DNA of 64,000 nt from positions 6-64,005 of the forward strand of contig CAIRBY010000700.1 in the NCBI GenBank assembly GCA_903876865.1. Reading direction: 5' to 3'. The DNA is from an uncultured Acidobacteriia bacterium (GTDB lineage: Bacteria > Acidobacteriota > Terriglobia > Bryobacterales > Bryobacteraceae). Made by a program: the position numbers and the translations under genes. Shown in pieces: positions 46,692 through 55,217 of the stretch (position 1 is the first letter of the stretch; each line of letters opens with the position of its first letter). The notes under the pieces were generated by a model that ran no database searches, was not told the DNA's origin, and saw only the letters and a program-made list of their open reading frames with translations.

Positions 46692-47953
46692 TCTGAGATC
46701 TGCCTCGGCTTCTGGAAACGGAAGCCTTCGGAGGCGACCAACTCCCGGTAGGAACCGAAGTAATCGCGATCGGTATCCAGTGCATCCAGGGGTTCGGCCG
46801 GCACCGGTTCCTCAGCGAGAATCCGGCGCACGCGATAGGTCGTGTATCGCTCCACCGGAACTCTGCCGGCATCGCGCGCGGCGATGCGTAAATCCACTGG
46901 CCGCAGGAAATGCCCGTGGGACGCGCCTGCCGCGGTGGAAATGCTCTCGTTCATGAGCGTGCCGCCCAGATCGTCCGCACCGGCGCCCAGGCACTGCTTG
47001 GCCAGTTCGATGCCTTGTTTCACCCAACTCGCCTGAATGTGAGCGATATGCCCGTTCAACATGATGCGCGAGACGGCGTACATGCGCAGCACTTCGTCCT
47101 TCGTAGCGCCCTCGCGGATTCCCTGCACCAGTCCCTTGGTATACATGGGCGCTTCACTGTGAATGAAGCTGAGCGGCACGAACTCGGTGAAGCCGCCGGT
47201 TTCTTTCTGAATGTCGCGCAACAGCGCCAGATGCTCAGCGCAGTGGCGGGCGGTTTCGACGTGACCGTACATGATCGTCGAAGTGGTCGGGATCCCCAGT
47301 TGGTGCGCAGTAGAGATGATCTCCCGCCAGCGCGCGGTGGAAATGCGGCCCGGCGAAATCAGGTCGCGTACTTTATCGTTCAGAATTTCGGCTGATGTGC
47401 CAGGTAGCGAGCCAACGCCCGCTTCCTTCAAGGCGATCAGATATTCCTTCGGGCTACAGCCGGAACACTCGGCTCCGTACAAGACTTCCTCCGGAGAAAA
47501 GCCGTGGATATGGATCCCGGGGACCGCCGTTTTGATCGCGCGGCATAGTTCCACGTAGAGCGACCCTTGCATGCGCGGAGGCAGCCCCGCCTGCACGCAG
47601 ACTTCAGTCGCGCCCAGGTCCCACGCCTCTGTGGCGCGCCGCACTACTTCTTCCACGGGCAGGTAATAACCTTCTTCGGCGCGATGACCGCGGCTGAAGG
47701 CGCAGAAGCCGCAGCGCTTGACGCAGACGTTGGTGAAGTTGATATTGCGGTTGACCACATAGGTGACGCGGTCCCCATTGGCCCATTGCCGGAGTTGATC
47801 CGCGACACCGATCACCGCCCGTAAGTCCGCGCCCGCGGCGCTGAACAGCAACTCCCCTTCCGCAATACCGGTCTCCCCGCCGTCGAGACAACGGTCGAGA
47901 ATGGCAGCAATTGCGGGATCGCAGGCGTTCAGCAGCTTGTTCACGTTCAGCAT
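46670..47953 (-). CDS. cofH: FO synthase subunit 2 (radical SAM)
   Basis: Start re-chosen at MLNVNKLL. Radical SAM motif CVKRCGFCAF. Collinear CofH blocks. Confidence 0.9.
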   Translation of the reverse strand: MLNVNKLLNACDPAIAAILDRCLDGGETGIAEGELLFSAAGADLRAVIGVADQLRQWANGDRVTYVVNRNINFTNVCVKRCGFCAFSRGHRAEEGYYLPVEEVVRRATEAWDLGATEVCVQAGLPPRMQGSLYVELCRAIKTAVPGIHIHGFSPEEVLYGAECSGCSPKEYLIALKEAGVGSLPGTSAEILNDKVRDLISPGRISTARWREIISTAHQLGIPTTSTIMYGHVETARHCAEHLALLRDIQKETGGFTEFVPLSFIHSEAPMYTKGLVQGIREGATKDEVLRMYAVSRIMLNGHIAHIQASWVKQGIELAKQCLGAGADDLGGTLMNESISTAAGASHGHFLRPVDLRIAARDAGRVPVERYTTYRVRRILAEEPVPAEPLDALDTDRDYFGSYRELVASEGFRFQKPRQISDQLPVLP

Positions 47954-47964
47954 GGCTCCTCGAT

Positions 47965-49116
47965 TCACCAGCACTCTTGTTCCCTGCGCACCAGACCTGC
48001 CGCATCCGCCAACCCGCCAAGGCGGGAAGCGCTCGGCGCCTGCCACAGCGTTGAATTTTCTCTCAAATGCTCCGGGTACACCGAAAGCCTCTCGCGCAAT
48101 TCGAAGCCCGCGAGTTCGGTGACCTGTTTCAGCCGGCCCACTTCCGGCCAGGCTTTTTCCGGGTTGATATGATCCAGCGTCACCGGCGAGATCCCGCCCC
48201 AATCGTTGATGCCGGAGCGCAGCAGCGCGCCATAGTGATCCGGCGTCAGGTTGGGCGGAATCTGGACATTCACCTGCAAGCCAAATATCAGGCGCGCCAC
48301 CGCCGCGGTCCGCATCAGGTCCAGCGGTTCGGGCTCCGGCCACTGCGCAAAGCGCGTGTCGGCCTTGGCGCGGAAATTCTGCACGATGACTTCCTGGATG
48401 TGGCCGTAGCGCTCATGCACTGCTTGGATCGCGAAGAGCGCATCGACACGCTCATCCAAGGTTTCTCCGATGCCGATTAGAATCCCTGTGGTAAACGGCA
48501 CGCCGCATTCACCGGCGGCTTCGAGCGTATGCAATCGCACCGCGGGCACCTTGTCGGGGCAAGCGTGATGCGCCTGTCCTGGGCGCAACAGGCGCGGACT
48601 AGTGGACTCCAGCATCATTCCCATACTCGGGCTGAAGGCTTTCAACTGCTGGATTTCCGCGAGGGTCATGCTGCCTGGATTGGCGTGCGGCACCAATCCG
48701 GTTTCCTCGAATACCAGCCGGCACATGGCCGCCAGATAATCGATGGTCGACTGATAGCCCCGCTCCGTCAGCCATGACTGATACTCCGGATAGCGCAATT
48801 CGGGACGTTCTCCGAGGCTGAATAGCGCCTCCTTGCATCCCGCGCGGCGGCCCGCCTCGGCCACGGCAAGCACTTCCTCCGGCGTCATCGTGTGTGCGCG
48901 CGGATCTCCTGGAGTTCGTACGAAGGTACAGTATGCGCAGACGTCGCGGCAAAGGTTGGTCAACGGTATAAAAACCTTGCGCGAGTAAGTGATGATCCGT
49001 CCGGTGCGCTGCCTGCGAACCTCAGCCGCCGCGTCGAACAACTCTTCCAGCGCACCGCCATCGGCGTGGATCAGAGCGTAAGCTTCATCGCGGGTGAGGT
49101 TGTGTAAGTCGCGCAT
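47965..49116 (-). CDS. cofG: FO synthase subunit 1 (radical SAM)
   Basis: Radical SAM motif CRDVCAYCTF and collinear CofG blocks. 11 nt upstream of cofH. Confidence 0.9.
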   Translation of the reverse strand: MRDLHNLTRDEAYALIHADGGALEELFDAAAEVRRQRTGRIITYSRKVFIPLTNLCRDVCAYCTFVRTPGDPRAHTMTPEEVLAVAEAGRRAGCKEALFSLGERPELRYPEYQSWLTERGYQSTIDYLAAMCRLVFEETGLVPHANPGSMTLAEIQQLKAFSPSMGMMLESTSPRLLRPGQAHHACPDKVPAVRLHTLEAAGECGVPFTTGILIGIGETLDERVDALFAIQAVHERYGHIQEVIVQNFRAKADTRFAQWPEPEPLDLMRTAAVARLIFGLQVNVQIPPNLTPDHYGALLRSGINDWGGISPVTLDHINPEKAWPEVGRLKQVTELAGFELRERLSVYPEHLRENSTLWQAPSASRLGGLADAAGLVRREQECW

Positions 49117-49119
49117 CGG

Positions 49120-50187
49120 TTACGACCGCTCCGAAATCCGCATCACGAACCAAAAGGTGCCAAGCGCGAAGATCATCACCGAGCAGGCTCTAACCAGTAG
49201 CGCGCTGTTCCGTTGCCGGCCCAGATAAACAATCACCGGGAGCAGCGCGGCGGTAATGCAGAGTTGGCCCGCCTCCACGCCGAAATTGAAAGCGAACAAA
49301 GCCGTCGTCAGCAAATGACGCGAAAGATCCAGCTCCTTTAACGCGGCGGCAAAGCCGAAGCCATGTACCAGCCCAAAGAAGAAGGTGATCATCCAACGGC
49401 GGTCGAACTTCTTGAAGAAGAGATTCTCGAGCGCGATATACATGATGGAAAGCGCGATCCCGGACTCCACAATCCAGCTTGGCAGATTGACGATGCCGAA
49501 GGCCGCCAGCGCCAGCGTGATGCTGTGCGCCACCGTGAAGGAGGTCACAATCTTAAGCAGCGTCTTAAACGACCCGCCGATCAGTAACAGTCCCAGTAGA
49601 AACGCGATATGGTCATAGCCCGTGAAAATGTGCAGCACGCCCATGCGGACGAATTGTAAGATGCTCTGCAACGTCGAAGGCTGCGCATTGACGGAGAAAC
49701 TTCGTCCCGCTTCGAAGACGAACTCCTGTACCTGCCCGCCCGCGGTGATCTTCGCCAGTGTCCGGTGCGTTGCCAACACATCCCGCAGTAGATCGCACCG
49801 TAAAACCAGGCGGCCAAAGCTCTGCCCCTTATCGCCGAAGAGCGCTTGCGTCTGAATGAATTCGTGGCCTTCGGGATCCTTCCACGTCGCAAGTGGTCCC
49901 AGCGCGCCTGCGACATCCCGCCCGCCTTCCGTCACCCCTAGTTTCGAGAAGATATATTGCCGCAACTTGTCTTGCGAGCCGGCGAGCTCCGCTGCATCCA
50001 CGCGGCCATCGTGATTGGCATCCAGGTCCAGCAGCAGATCCAGTTCCGGCAAGGGGAGTTTGAGGTTCCAACGCACCTGGTGTTCTTCCACGATGACTTC
50101 GGCGTAAGACAGGCTGACAGTGTGGGCGGAGAGCAGGGGGGCGAAGAGAAGGAGAGAAAGCCAGAAGATGTGCTTTCGGGAGATCAT
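49120..50187 (-). CDS. HupE/UreJ_2-family membrane protein with N-terminal EF-hand-containing periplasmic domain
   Basis: Signal peptide, then the canonical 12-residue EF-hand loop DANHDGRVDAAE. The C-terminal half has HupE-like TM blocks (GYDHIAFLLGL, SFTVAHSITLA, GLVHGFGFA, FNFGVEAGQL). Its stop is 3 nt before the cofG start. Confidence 0.75.
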   Translation of the reverse strand: MISRKHIFWLSLLLFAPLLSAHTVSLSYAEVIVEEHQVRWNLKLPLPELDLLLDLDANHDGRVDAAELAGSQDKLRQYIFSKLGVTEGGRDVAGALGPLATWKDPEGHEFIQTQALFGDKGQSFGRLVLRCDLLRDVLATHRTLAKITAGGQVQEFVFEAGRSFSVNAQPSTLQSILQFVRMGVLHIFTGYDHIAFLLGLLLIGGSFKTLLKIVTSFTVAHSITLALAAFGIVNLPSWIVESGIALSIMYIALENLFFKKFDRRWMITFFFGLVHGFGFAAALKELDLSRHLLTTALFAFNFGVEAGQLCITAALLPVIVYLGRQRNSALLVRACSVMIFALGTFWFVMRISERS

Positions 50188-50216
50188 TTCAGCCTTTGTG
50201 ATGCAGTTTGCTGCTT

Positions 50217-50247
50217 CCAGGAGGACAGCTTAATGCCATCCTCCTGG
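50217..50247 (-). terminator. 9-bp stem hairpin between the bicupin and hupE-like genes
   Basis: CCAGGAGGA-13 nt-TCCTCCTGG. No U-tract, so terminator function is uncertain. Confidence 0.3.
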
Positions 50248-50278
50248 AGTATAGCTGGGACAACTTGGTTACGGCGCC

Positions 50279-51391
50279 TTACTTGCCGCTCGGCGGATCC
50301 ATCGTCACAAGACGCGGAACCACCGCAATGTAGCGCAACAACTGGTTGGGATCTTCACTCCAGTGCTGGTGCCAGTGAGGACCGGCAGGCACGGCGCAGA
50401 TCGAGCCCTCCTTGTAGGTGGCCAGGTGGGCCTTCCCTTTGGCGAGTTCATCTTTGAAAGCTTCCAGGCTATCCACGGGAGCCCAGTAGTCATGCCCGCG
50501 CCCGGCGAGGAAGACGAACCAGGGTTGTCCATCGTGCTTGTGGGCGTTTGCTTTCTCGCGAAGCAACTGGCTGATGTGGGTATTGGGGTGCGTCTTATGG
50601 CCGGAGGTCGCGCCCAGGTCGAAGAACGAACTGGCAGTGCCGCGGTATTCGCGCGGAACGACCTTCAACTCCCGCAGGTCTTTGTAGAAGGAAACGTTGA
50701 GCGTCGCGGTTTCCAACGTCTTGCCGCGGGCGGCGTCGGTCTCGTCCTTGCTCTCAGCGCCGATGCGCGATTCCGCCTTCACGTAAGGATAGAGATTCAC
50801 GCCGTATCCGACCATCTCCACCACGCGGGTGGGAACTTTGCCGGTATTGGTGTGGCGAATGTAGTGGTCGGGCGGAATGGCCCAGAAGGAGCCCTTACCC
50901 CACTCATAGTGCTTTAAGGGCATGCCACCATCTTCCGGAGGCGCGTCGTTGTACCACTCGGTCTTGCCCTCGCCTTGCACCACGTAGTACATCGGCTCGC
51001 CGTTGTAGCCGAAGGTATGCCATGAGGTGGACTGTCCGGGCTGCAACTCGGTCACCATCACCAGTTGTCCCTTGCCGCCGAAATCGAGAATGACCCCTTT
51101 GTGACCCATTGGCGTCGGGTACAACGCCAGGGTATAGGAATCCACGCAATAGCCGGTCATCCGTTTCTTGTTCAGTTCCGTCCATGCGGCCTTGGTCGCT
51201 TCTGGAGCTTTGCCAGTCACTTCCAACTTCCAGACGTTGTCGATGTAGTAACTCAGTTCTTTATCTTGGGGGATGTCGGTCTGGCCGGGCGTACGATGTG
51301 CCCATGCCGTTGCCCGCGCGCCGCCCTGCGCAAATAGTGTGGTGGCTCCCAGACTGAACGCCAGCAGGGTCACCAGTAGTCTCTGATTCAT
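50279..51391 (-). CDS. secreted bicupin protein (paralogue of 20658-21941)
   Basis: Start re-chosen at MNQRLLVTLLAFSLGATTLFAQG. Two cupin barrels (ELQPGQSTSWHTF...VVQGEGK; HKHDGQ...GPHWHQHW). Confidence 0.7.
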   Translation of the reverse strand: MNQRLLVTLLAFSLGATTLFAQGGARATAWAHRTPGQTDIPQDKELSYYIDNVWKLEVTGKAPEATKAAWTELNKKRMTGYCVDSYTLALYPTPMGHKGVILDFGGKGQLVMVTELQPGQSTSWHTFGYNGEPMYYVVQGEGKTEWYNDAPPEDGGMPLKHYEWGKGSFWAIPPDHYIRHTNTGKVPTRVVEMVGYGVNLYPYVKAESRIGAESKDETDAARGKTLETATLNVSFYKDLRELKVVPREYRGTASSFFDLGATSGHKTHPNTHISQLLREKANAHKHDGQPWFVFLAGRGHDYWAPVDSLEAFKDELAKGKAHLATYKEGSICAVPAGPHWHQHWSEDPNQLLRYIAVVPRLVTMDPPSGK

Positions 51392-51405
51392 TGCACGATC
51401 TCCTT

Positions 51406-51419
51406 CGCAACCGATTGCA
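51406..51419. promoter_or_regulatory. LacI/PurR-type operator
   Basis: CGCAACCGATTGCA, directly 5' of the bicupin SD. Confidence 0.65.
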
Positions 51420-51497
51420 CTATTACAACCCATGCGAATAGGGAGTGTCAAGCGCTATAGCCCTAAATAATACCTAGAAAGCGGGGAATCCGGCTGG

Positions 51498-51511
51498 TGC
51501 AACCGATTGCA
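51498..51511. promoter_or_regulatory. LacI/PurR-type operator
   Basis: TGCAACCGATTGCA, 107 nt upstream of the bicupin start. Confidence 0.7.
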
Positions 51512-51561
51512 CGATTTCACTCCATCGGAGCGCCGCCGCAGAGACGGACGACTCATCGAAG

Positions 51562-52296
51562 TTAGCGGAACAGATCGAGTTCCGGGCGGCGAACCAGCGA
51601 CCGCGCCGTGCCTTCGTTCCGCTCCCACTCAAATCCGTCGATCAGCACGGCCGGCACGCCGCCAGCCTTTGGCATCAACAGGCTCGCCGCCGCCGCCAAT
51701 TCATCCGCGCGAGCCACAATCGTCGCGCTCAGCGGGCGACCTTCATGATCGCAGGAGCCGCGCAGATCAACGACCGCGTCCATTCCGGATACGCCGATGG
51801 CCACGCCCACCAAGCCTTCCCGCCATGGCCGGCCGAAGCTATCGCTGATGATTACCGCGCCACAGTTTAGACCCAAACGCAGGCGGCGAGCCGAAAGATC
51901 CGGATCGGTCGGCAGAACGACCGCAAACTCGTCCCCTGGCACGTTCGACTGATCTACGCCGGCATTGGCCGCGACAAAGCCATGGTGAGTCTCGGCGACA
52001 ATCGTGCCACGGTCCATCTTGACGATGCGGCGGGACTGGCGCAAAACCAGTTCGACGGCCCTTGGGTCTTTCTGCCATTGCCTGGCCCAGCAGACGGCGA
52101 ATTCGGAAGGTTGGATGGTGCGCAGGTCCACCATCGCGCCTTCGGCCTTGGAAACGATCTTCTGAGCCAGCACCAGAATCGTGCTGGCTCCGATCTCCTT
52201 CCCTTCGCGCAGGGCAGCATCCCGAATCAGCGGCGCCAAATCATCGCCCGGCCGGATCTCCGGCAACGTTTTCAAGCTTGCGATCTGCAGTTTCAT
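51562..52296 (-). CDS. cofE: coenzyme F420-0:L-glutamate ligase (single-domain)
   Basis: Blocks: LPEIRPGDDLAPLI, VLAQKIVSKAEG, AANAGVDQSN, ISDSFGRPWREG. 244 aa with no C-terminal nitroreductase-like domain. Its start overlaps the cofD stop (TAATG). Confidence 0.9.
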   Translation of the reverse strand: MKLQIASLKTLPEIRPGDDLAPLIRDAALREGKEIGASTILVLAQKIVSKAEGAMVDLRTIQPSEFAVCWARQWQKDPRAVELVLRQSRRIVKMDRGTIVAETHHGFVAANAGVDQSNVPGDEFAVVLPTDPDLSARRLRLGLNCGAVIISDSFGRPWREGLVGVAIGVSGMDAVVDLRGSCDHEGRPLSATIVARADELAAAASLLMPKAGGVPAVLIDGFEWERNEGTARSLVRRPELDLFR

Positions 52297-53231
52297 TACG
52301 CTCGGAATTTCTGAAGGGCCTTAACCACCGTGCGCGCCAGCGCCTTCTTCACCGGTAATCCCGTCATCATCGTGTTCGTAACCACGACCTTCATGCCGAG
52401 TTTCTCGATCGCCGGCGCAAGGTCCGCGTCAACGGTATCGATCACGAGCACATCGACGAGTTCCTGGTAGATCCTGGCGACACCGAGGGCCGAAACCTCC
52501 ATCCCCATCGTTTTCATCATACGCGCGGCCGGCCCTTTAATCGCCTGTCCGCCGACAATCGGCGAGATGGCCACCGAGGGACACTTGCGTCCGGCTATGG
52601 CTGCCCGAATCCCTGGTACGGCCAAAATCGGCCCCACACTGATCAGCGGATTCGACGGACAGAATACAATGCCGGCCGCCCCGCGAATGGCCTTCAGCAC
52701 ACCCGGCGCGGGACGCGACTCCAGAGCCCCCTGGAACGTCACTCCGAGCACCCGGTCCTTGGCGCGCCGCCTGACGAAGTAGGTTTGAAAGGCCAGGTCG
52801 CCGTGTTTCGTGTAAACTATGGTGCGTATGGGATCGTCGCTCATCGGAACCACCGAAGAACGCACGCCCAACTGCTTCGCCATCTGCGCGGTTATGGTGC
52901 TGAGACTGGACCCGGCGCGTAGCTGATTGCTCCGGAAAATGTGCGTAGCGAGATCGCGATCGCCGAGCCGGAACCAGACTTCTTCGCCAAGCCTGCCAAG
53001 AGCCGCCAGACTTTCGAAGGTATCGTTGTGGATGCCCCAGCCTTCCACGGGATTCGCCAACCCGGCTAAGGTGTACATGACCGTATCGAGATCGGGGGAG
53101 ATGTGCAGACCGTAGATCTCGGTATCGTCCGCGGTATTGCCCAAAACGTATACCTCGCCCGGCGGGAACACGCGCGTCAGTCCGTCGAGGAAGCGCGCTG
53201 CACCCACCCCTCCGGCAAGCGTGAGAATCAT
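52296..53231 (-). CDS. cofD: 2-phospho-L-lactate transferase
   Basis: Blocks: MILTLAGGVGAARFLDGL, GNTADD, SNPLISVGPIL. Confidence 0.9.
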   Translation of the reverse strand: MILTLAGGVGAARFLDGLTRVFPPGEVYVLGNTADDTEIYGLHISPDLDTVMYTLAGLANPVEGWGIHNDTFESLAALGRLGEEVWFRLGDRDLATHIFRSNQLRAGSSLSTITAQMAKQLGVRSSVVPMSDDPIRTIVYTKHGDLAFQTYFVRRRAKDRVLGVTFQGALESRPAPGVLKAIRGAAGIVFCPSNPLISVGPILAVPGIRAAIAGRKCPSVAISPIVGGQAIKGPAARMMKTMGMEVSALGVARIYQELVDVLVIDTVDADLAPAIEKLGMKVVVTNTMMTGLPVKKALARTVVKALQKFRA

Positions 53232-53500
53232 TCAGGCACCTCCGGTGGTTCCATCTCCATACGAAGCGTAAAGTGTAGCATGCGGGTTCCGCCCTCGAAT
53301 TGGCGGCATCGCTGCATCGGGCGGCCTCGGCTGTTCGTGGGAGTGATTTTCCCTGTGGTTTGGCCGACAGTGGGAACGGTCCGCCGGAGGCTGTGGATTC
53401 GGACCTACTGCTCAACCATCCGCCTCCCGCTCAAGCATCGGATTTCCAGGGTTTTGGTAAGATACGGTTCACCCGATGAAGACCCGCACGCAAACTGTAA

Positions 53501-53825
53501 TCGCCCTGCTGCCGACCGCGTCGAGGTGAGCGAGGCAATGTGCGCGGGCAAAGGGAGCCGAAGGTGCTGGTGCGGATCGTGGGGCAGGCGCCGCTGGCCG
53601 CGACCGTCTACTCGCTCCAGCGGCTGCACTGCGGCGCCTGCGGACAGGTGTTTACGGCACAAGAGCCAGATGGAGTTGGCCCGGAGAAGTACGACGAGAT
53701 GGCCTCGGCGATGATCGCGCAACTCAAGTACGGTTGCGGAATCCCGTTCTAACGCTTGGAGCAACTGGAGAAGCAACTCGGGATTTCGCTGCCGGCGGCG
53801 ACGCAGTGGGAGATCGTCAGAGCCT
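53501..53825 (+). pseudogene. transposase remnant (zinc-ribbon + HTH-like N-terminal region; IS family not certain, IS66-like by memory)
   Basis: ...EPKVLVRIVGQAPLAATVYSLQRLHCGACGQVFTAQEPDGVGPEKYDEMASAMIAQLKYGCGIPF*RLEQLEKQLGISLPAATQWEIV. Defects: in-frame TAA at 53750-53752, a frameshift near 53540, and no DDE domain follows. Confidence 0.45.
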
Positions 53826-53827
53826 AT

Positions 53828-53997
53828 CCGCGCGCCGGAAGTGTAAGGGCTGCCTTGAGCTCGTCGTGCTCGAAAGCCGAGGCCATGCAATCTACTTCTT
53901 GGCGTAGCGAGCGCACGTCGCGTTCCAGGTACGTCTGAACGTAGCTGGAATGCCACAGGGAGATGTCGCGATCAGGCTCGGCAACCAGTTCCGGATA
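53828..53997 (-). pseudogene. AAA+ ATPase (AAA_14/DUF4143 family), displaced middle fragment
   Basis: Reverse translation gives YPELVAEPDRDISLWHSSYVQTYLERDVRSLRQ. This continues the ...LLRGGY end of the fragment at 59392-59917. Confidence 0.6.
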
Positions 53998-55189
53998 ACG
54001 AAATCGTCGGAGCAGGCATTAGCAAGCCGGGCTTTGATTCGCGCCCGCGCAATTGCGCAACGACTAGATCGCGAAAGCTGCCGGTGGTGCTCCGCAACAC
54101 AGAGCCCGGTGGAATCGAGATCGACAGGACACCGGACCCGGATTGCGATGTCTTCGAAACCTGGACCCGCACTGCATCCCCGCTGCCGGCACCCGTTGAA
54201 ACGAAAACCGTCTCGACCTTGCCAGCCTTAGTGGCCTCCTGGACGGTCATTGCCTGTTTGCCGTGAAAGAGCTGGGTAACAAACAACTGAATAGAGCGGA
54301 CCATTTCGGCCACCGCAGTTTGATCGTCCGGTTTAATTTTGAGCGGCGGACTCTTCGCCAGCGTGGAGCCGAGTTCTGGTTTCAACTTCACTGCGCTACG
54401 GAATTCGTCCTGGGCAGCCGGTTGGCCGGTGCTGGCCAGCAGAGTCCCGAGGTTATAGTGAGCTTCAGCTAGGTTGGGGTCGTTAGCTAACGCTCCGCGA
54501 TATAGTTTTTCGGCTGCGGGAAGATTTTGACTAAGCTGCTGAGCGACCCCTGTGTTGTATTCCAGCAGCGGGTCATTCGGATTGGCAGAGAGAAGAGACT
54601 GGAAGATCGCGAGGCCTTGGGGCACATGTCCGCGCTTCAGTTCGACAACCCCCTGGATGACGCGCGCGATCACGGAGACTGCATTCAGAAGCTTGCGCAA
54701 CCGCTGCTCAGCCGAATCAGGTCTCCCTTGTTCCGCGTCGATGCCGGCACCCAGCAGGCGCGCCTCGTCGAACGTCGGCCGCTGCTGCACAGCTCTGTCT
54801 GCCTGCTTCAGCGCCTCTTCAGGCTTGCCCTGCCGATACAGCGCGCGCGCAAGGTTGTAGGCTATTTCGGGGTCACGCGGCGCTGCGGCTTGGGCTCGTT
54901 CCAGCAAGTTGACGGCCTGCTGCGGGTTGCCAGACTCAAGCAAAGCACAGGCTGCGTCGCTGAGCGTCTTGGGGTCGCTCTGATGCGCCCGAGCGTAGTT
55001 CAGGAGGCTCCCCGACTCCGTCGGCGTAATCGCGCGGACACCAGGCTCACCGCGAAACACAAATGCCCCAGGCACCTTGATGATCGGGTCGACTGGCGGC
55101 ACTACGTTCTGGGCCTGCTTTTGACGGCAGGCGGATGAACACACCAGAAGCGTAGCAACAGCGATGGTCCACAACGAATGCCGGTTCAT
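53972..55189 (-). CDS. TPR-repeat lipoprotein
   Basis: Lipobox LLVCSSAC and several TPR units (AYNLARALYRQGKPEEA, AHYNLGTLLASTGQ). The last ~8 codons read across the junction into the ATPase fragment, so the native 3' end is probably lost. Confidence 0.65.
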   Translation of the reverse strand: MNRHSLWTIAVATLLVCSSACRQKQAQNVVPPVDPIIKVPGAFVFRGEPGVRAITPTESGSLLNYARAHQSDPKTLSDAACALLESGNPQQAVNLLERAQAAAPRDPEIAYNLARALYRQGKPEEALKQADRAVQQRPTFDEARLLGAGIDAEQGRPDSAEQRLRKLLNAVSVIARVIQGVVELKRGHVPQGLAIFQSLLSANPNDPLLEYNTGVAQQLSQNLPAAEKLYRGALANDPNLAEAHYNLGTLLASTGQPAAQDEFRSAVKLKPELGSTLAKSPPLKIKPDDQTAVAEMVRSIQLFVTQLFHGKQAMTVQEATKAGKVETVFVSTGAGSGDAVRVQVSKTSQSGSGVLSISIPPGSVLRSTTGSFRDLVVAQLRGRESKPGLLMPAPTISLSGTGCRA

Positions 55190-55217
55190 GGCTCAGATCC
55201 ACGCTGTGGCAAGGCGG

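Noticed and set aside
53405-53956. 183-aa ORF on the minus strand across the IS remnant.
   Set aside because: It is antisense to the recognisable transposase fragment and out of frame with the ATPase fragment. It is Arg-rich with no motif.
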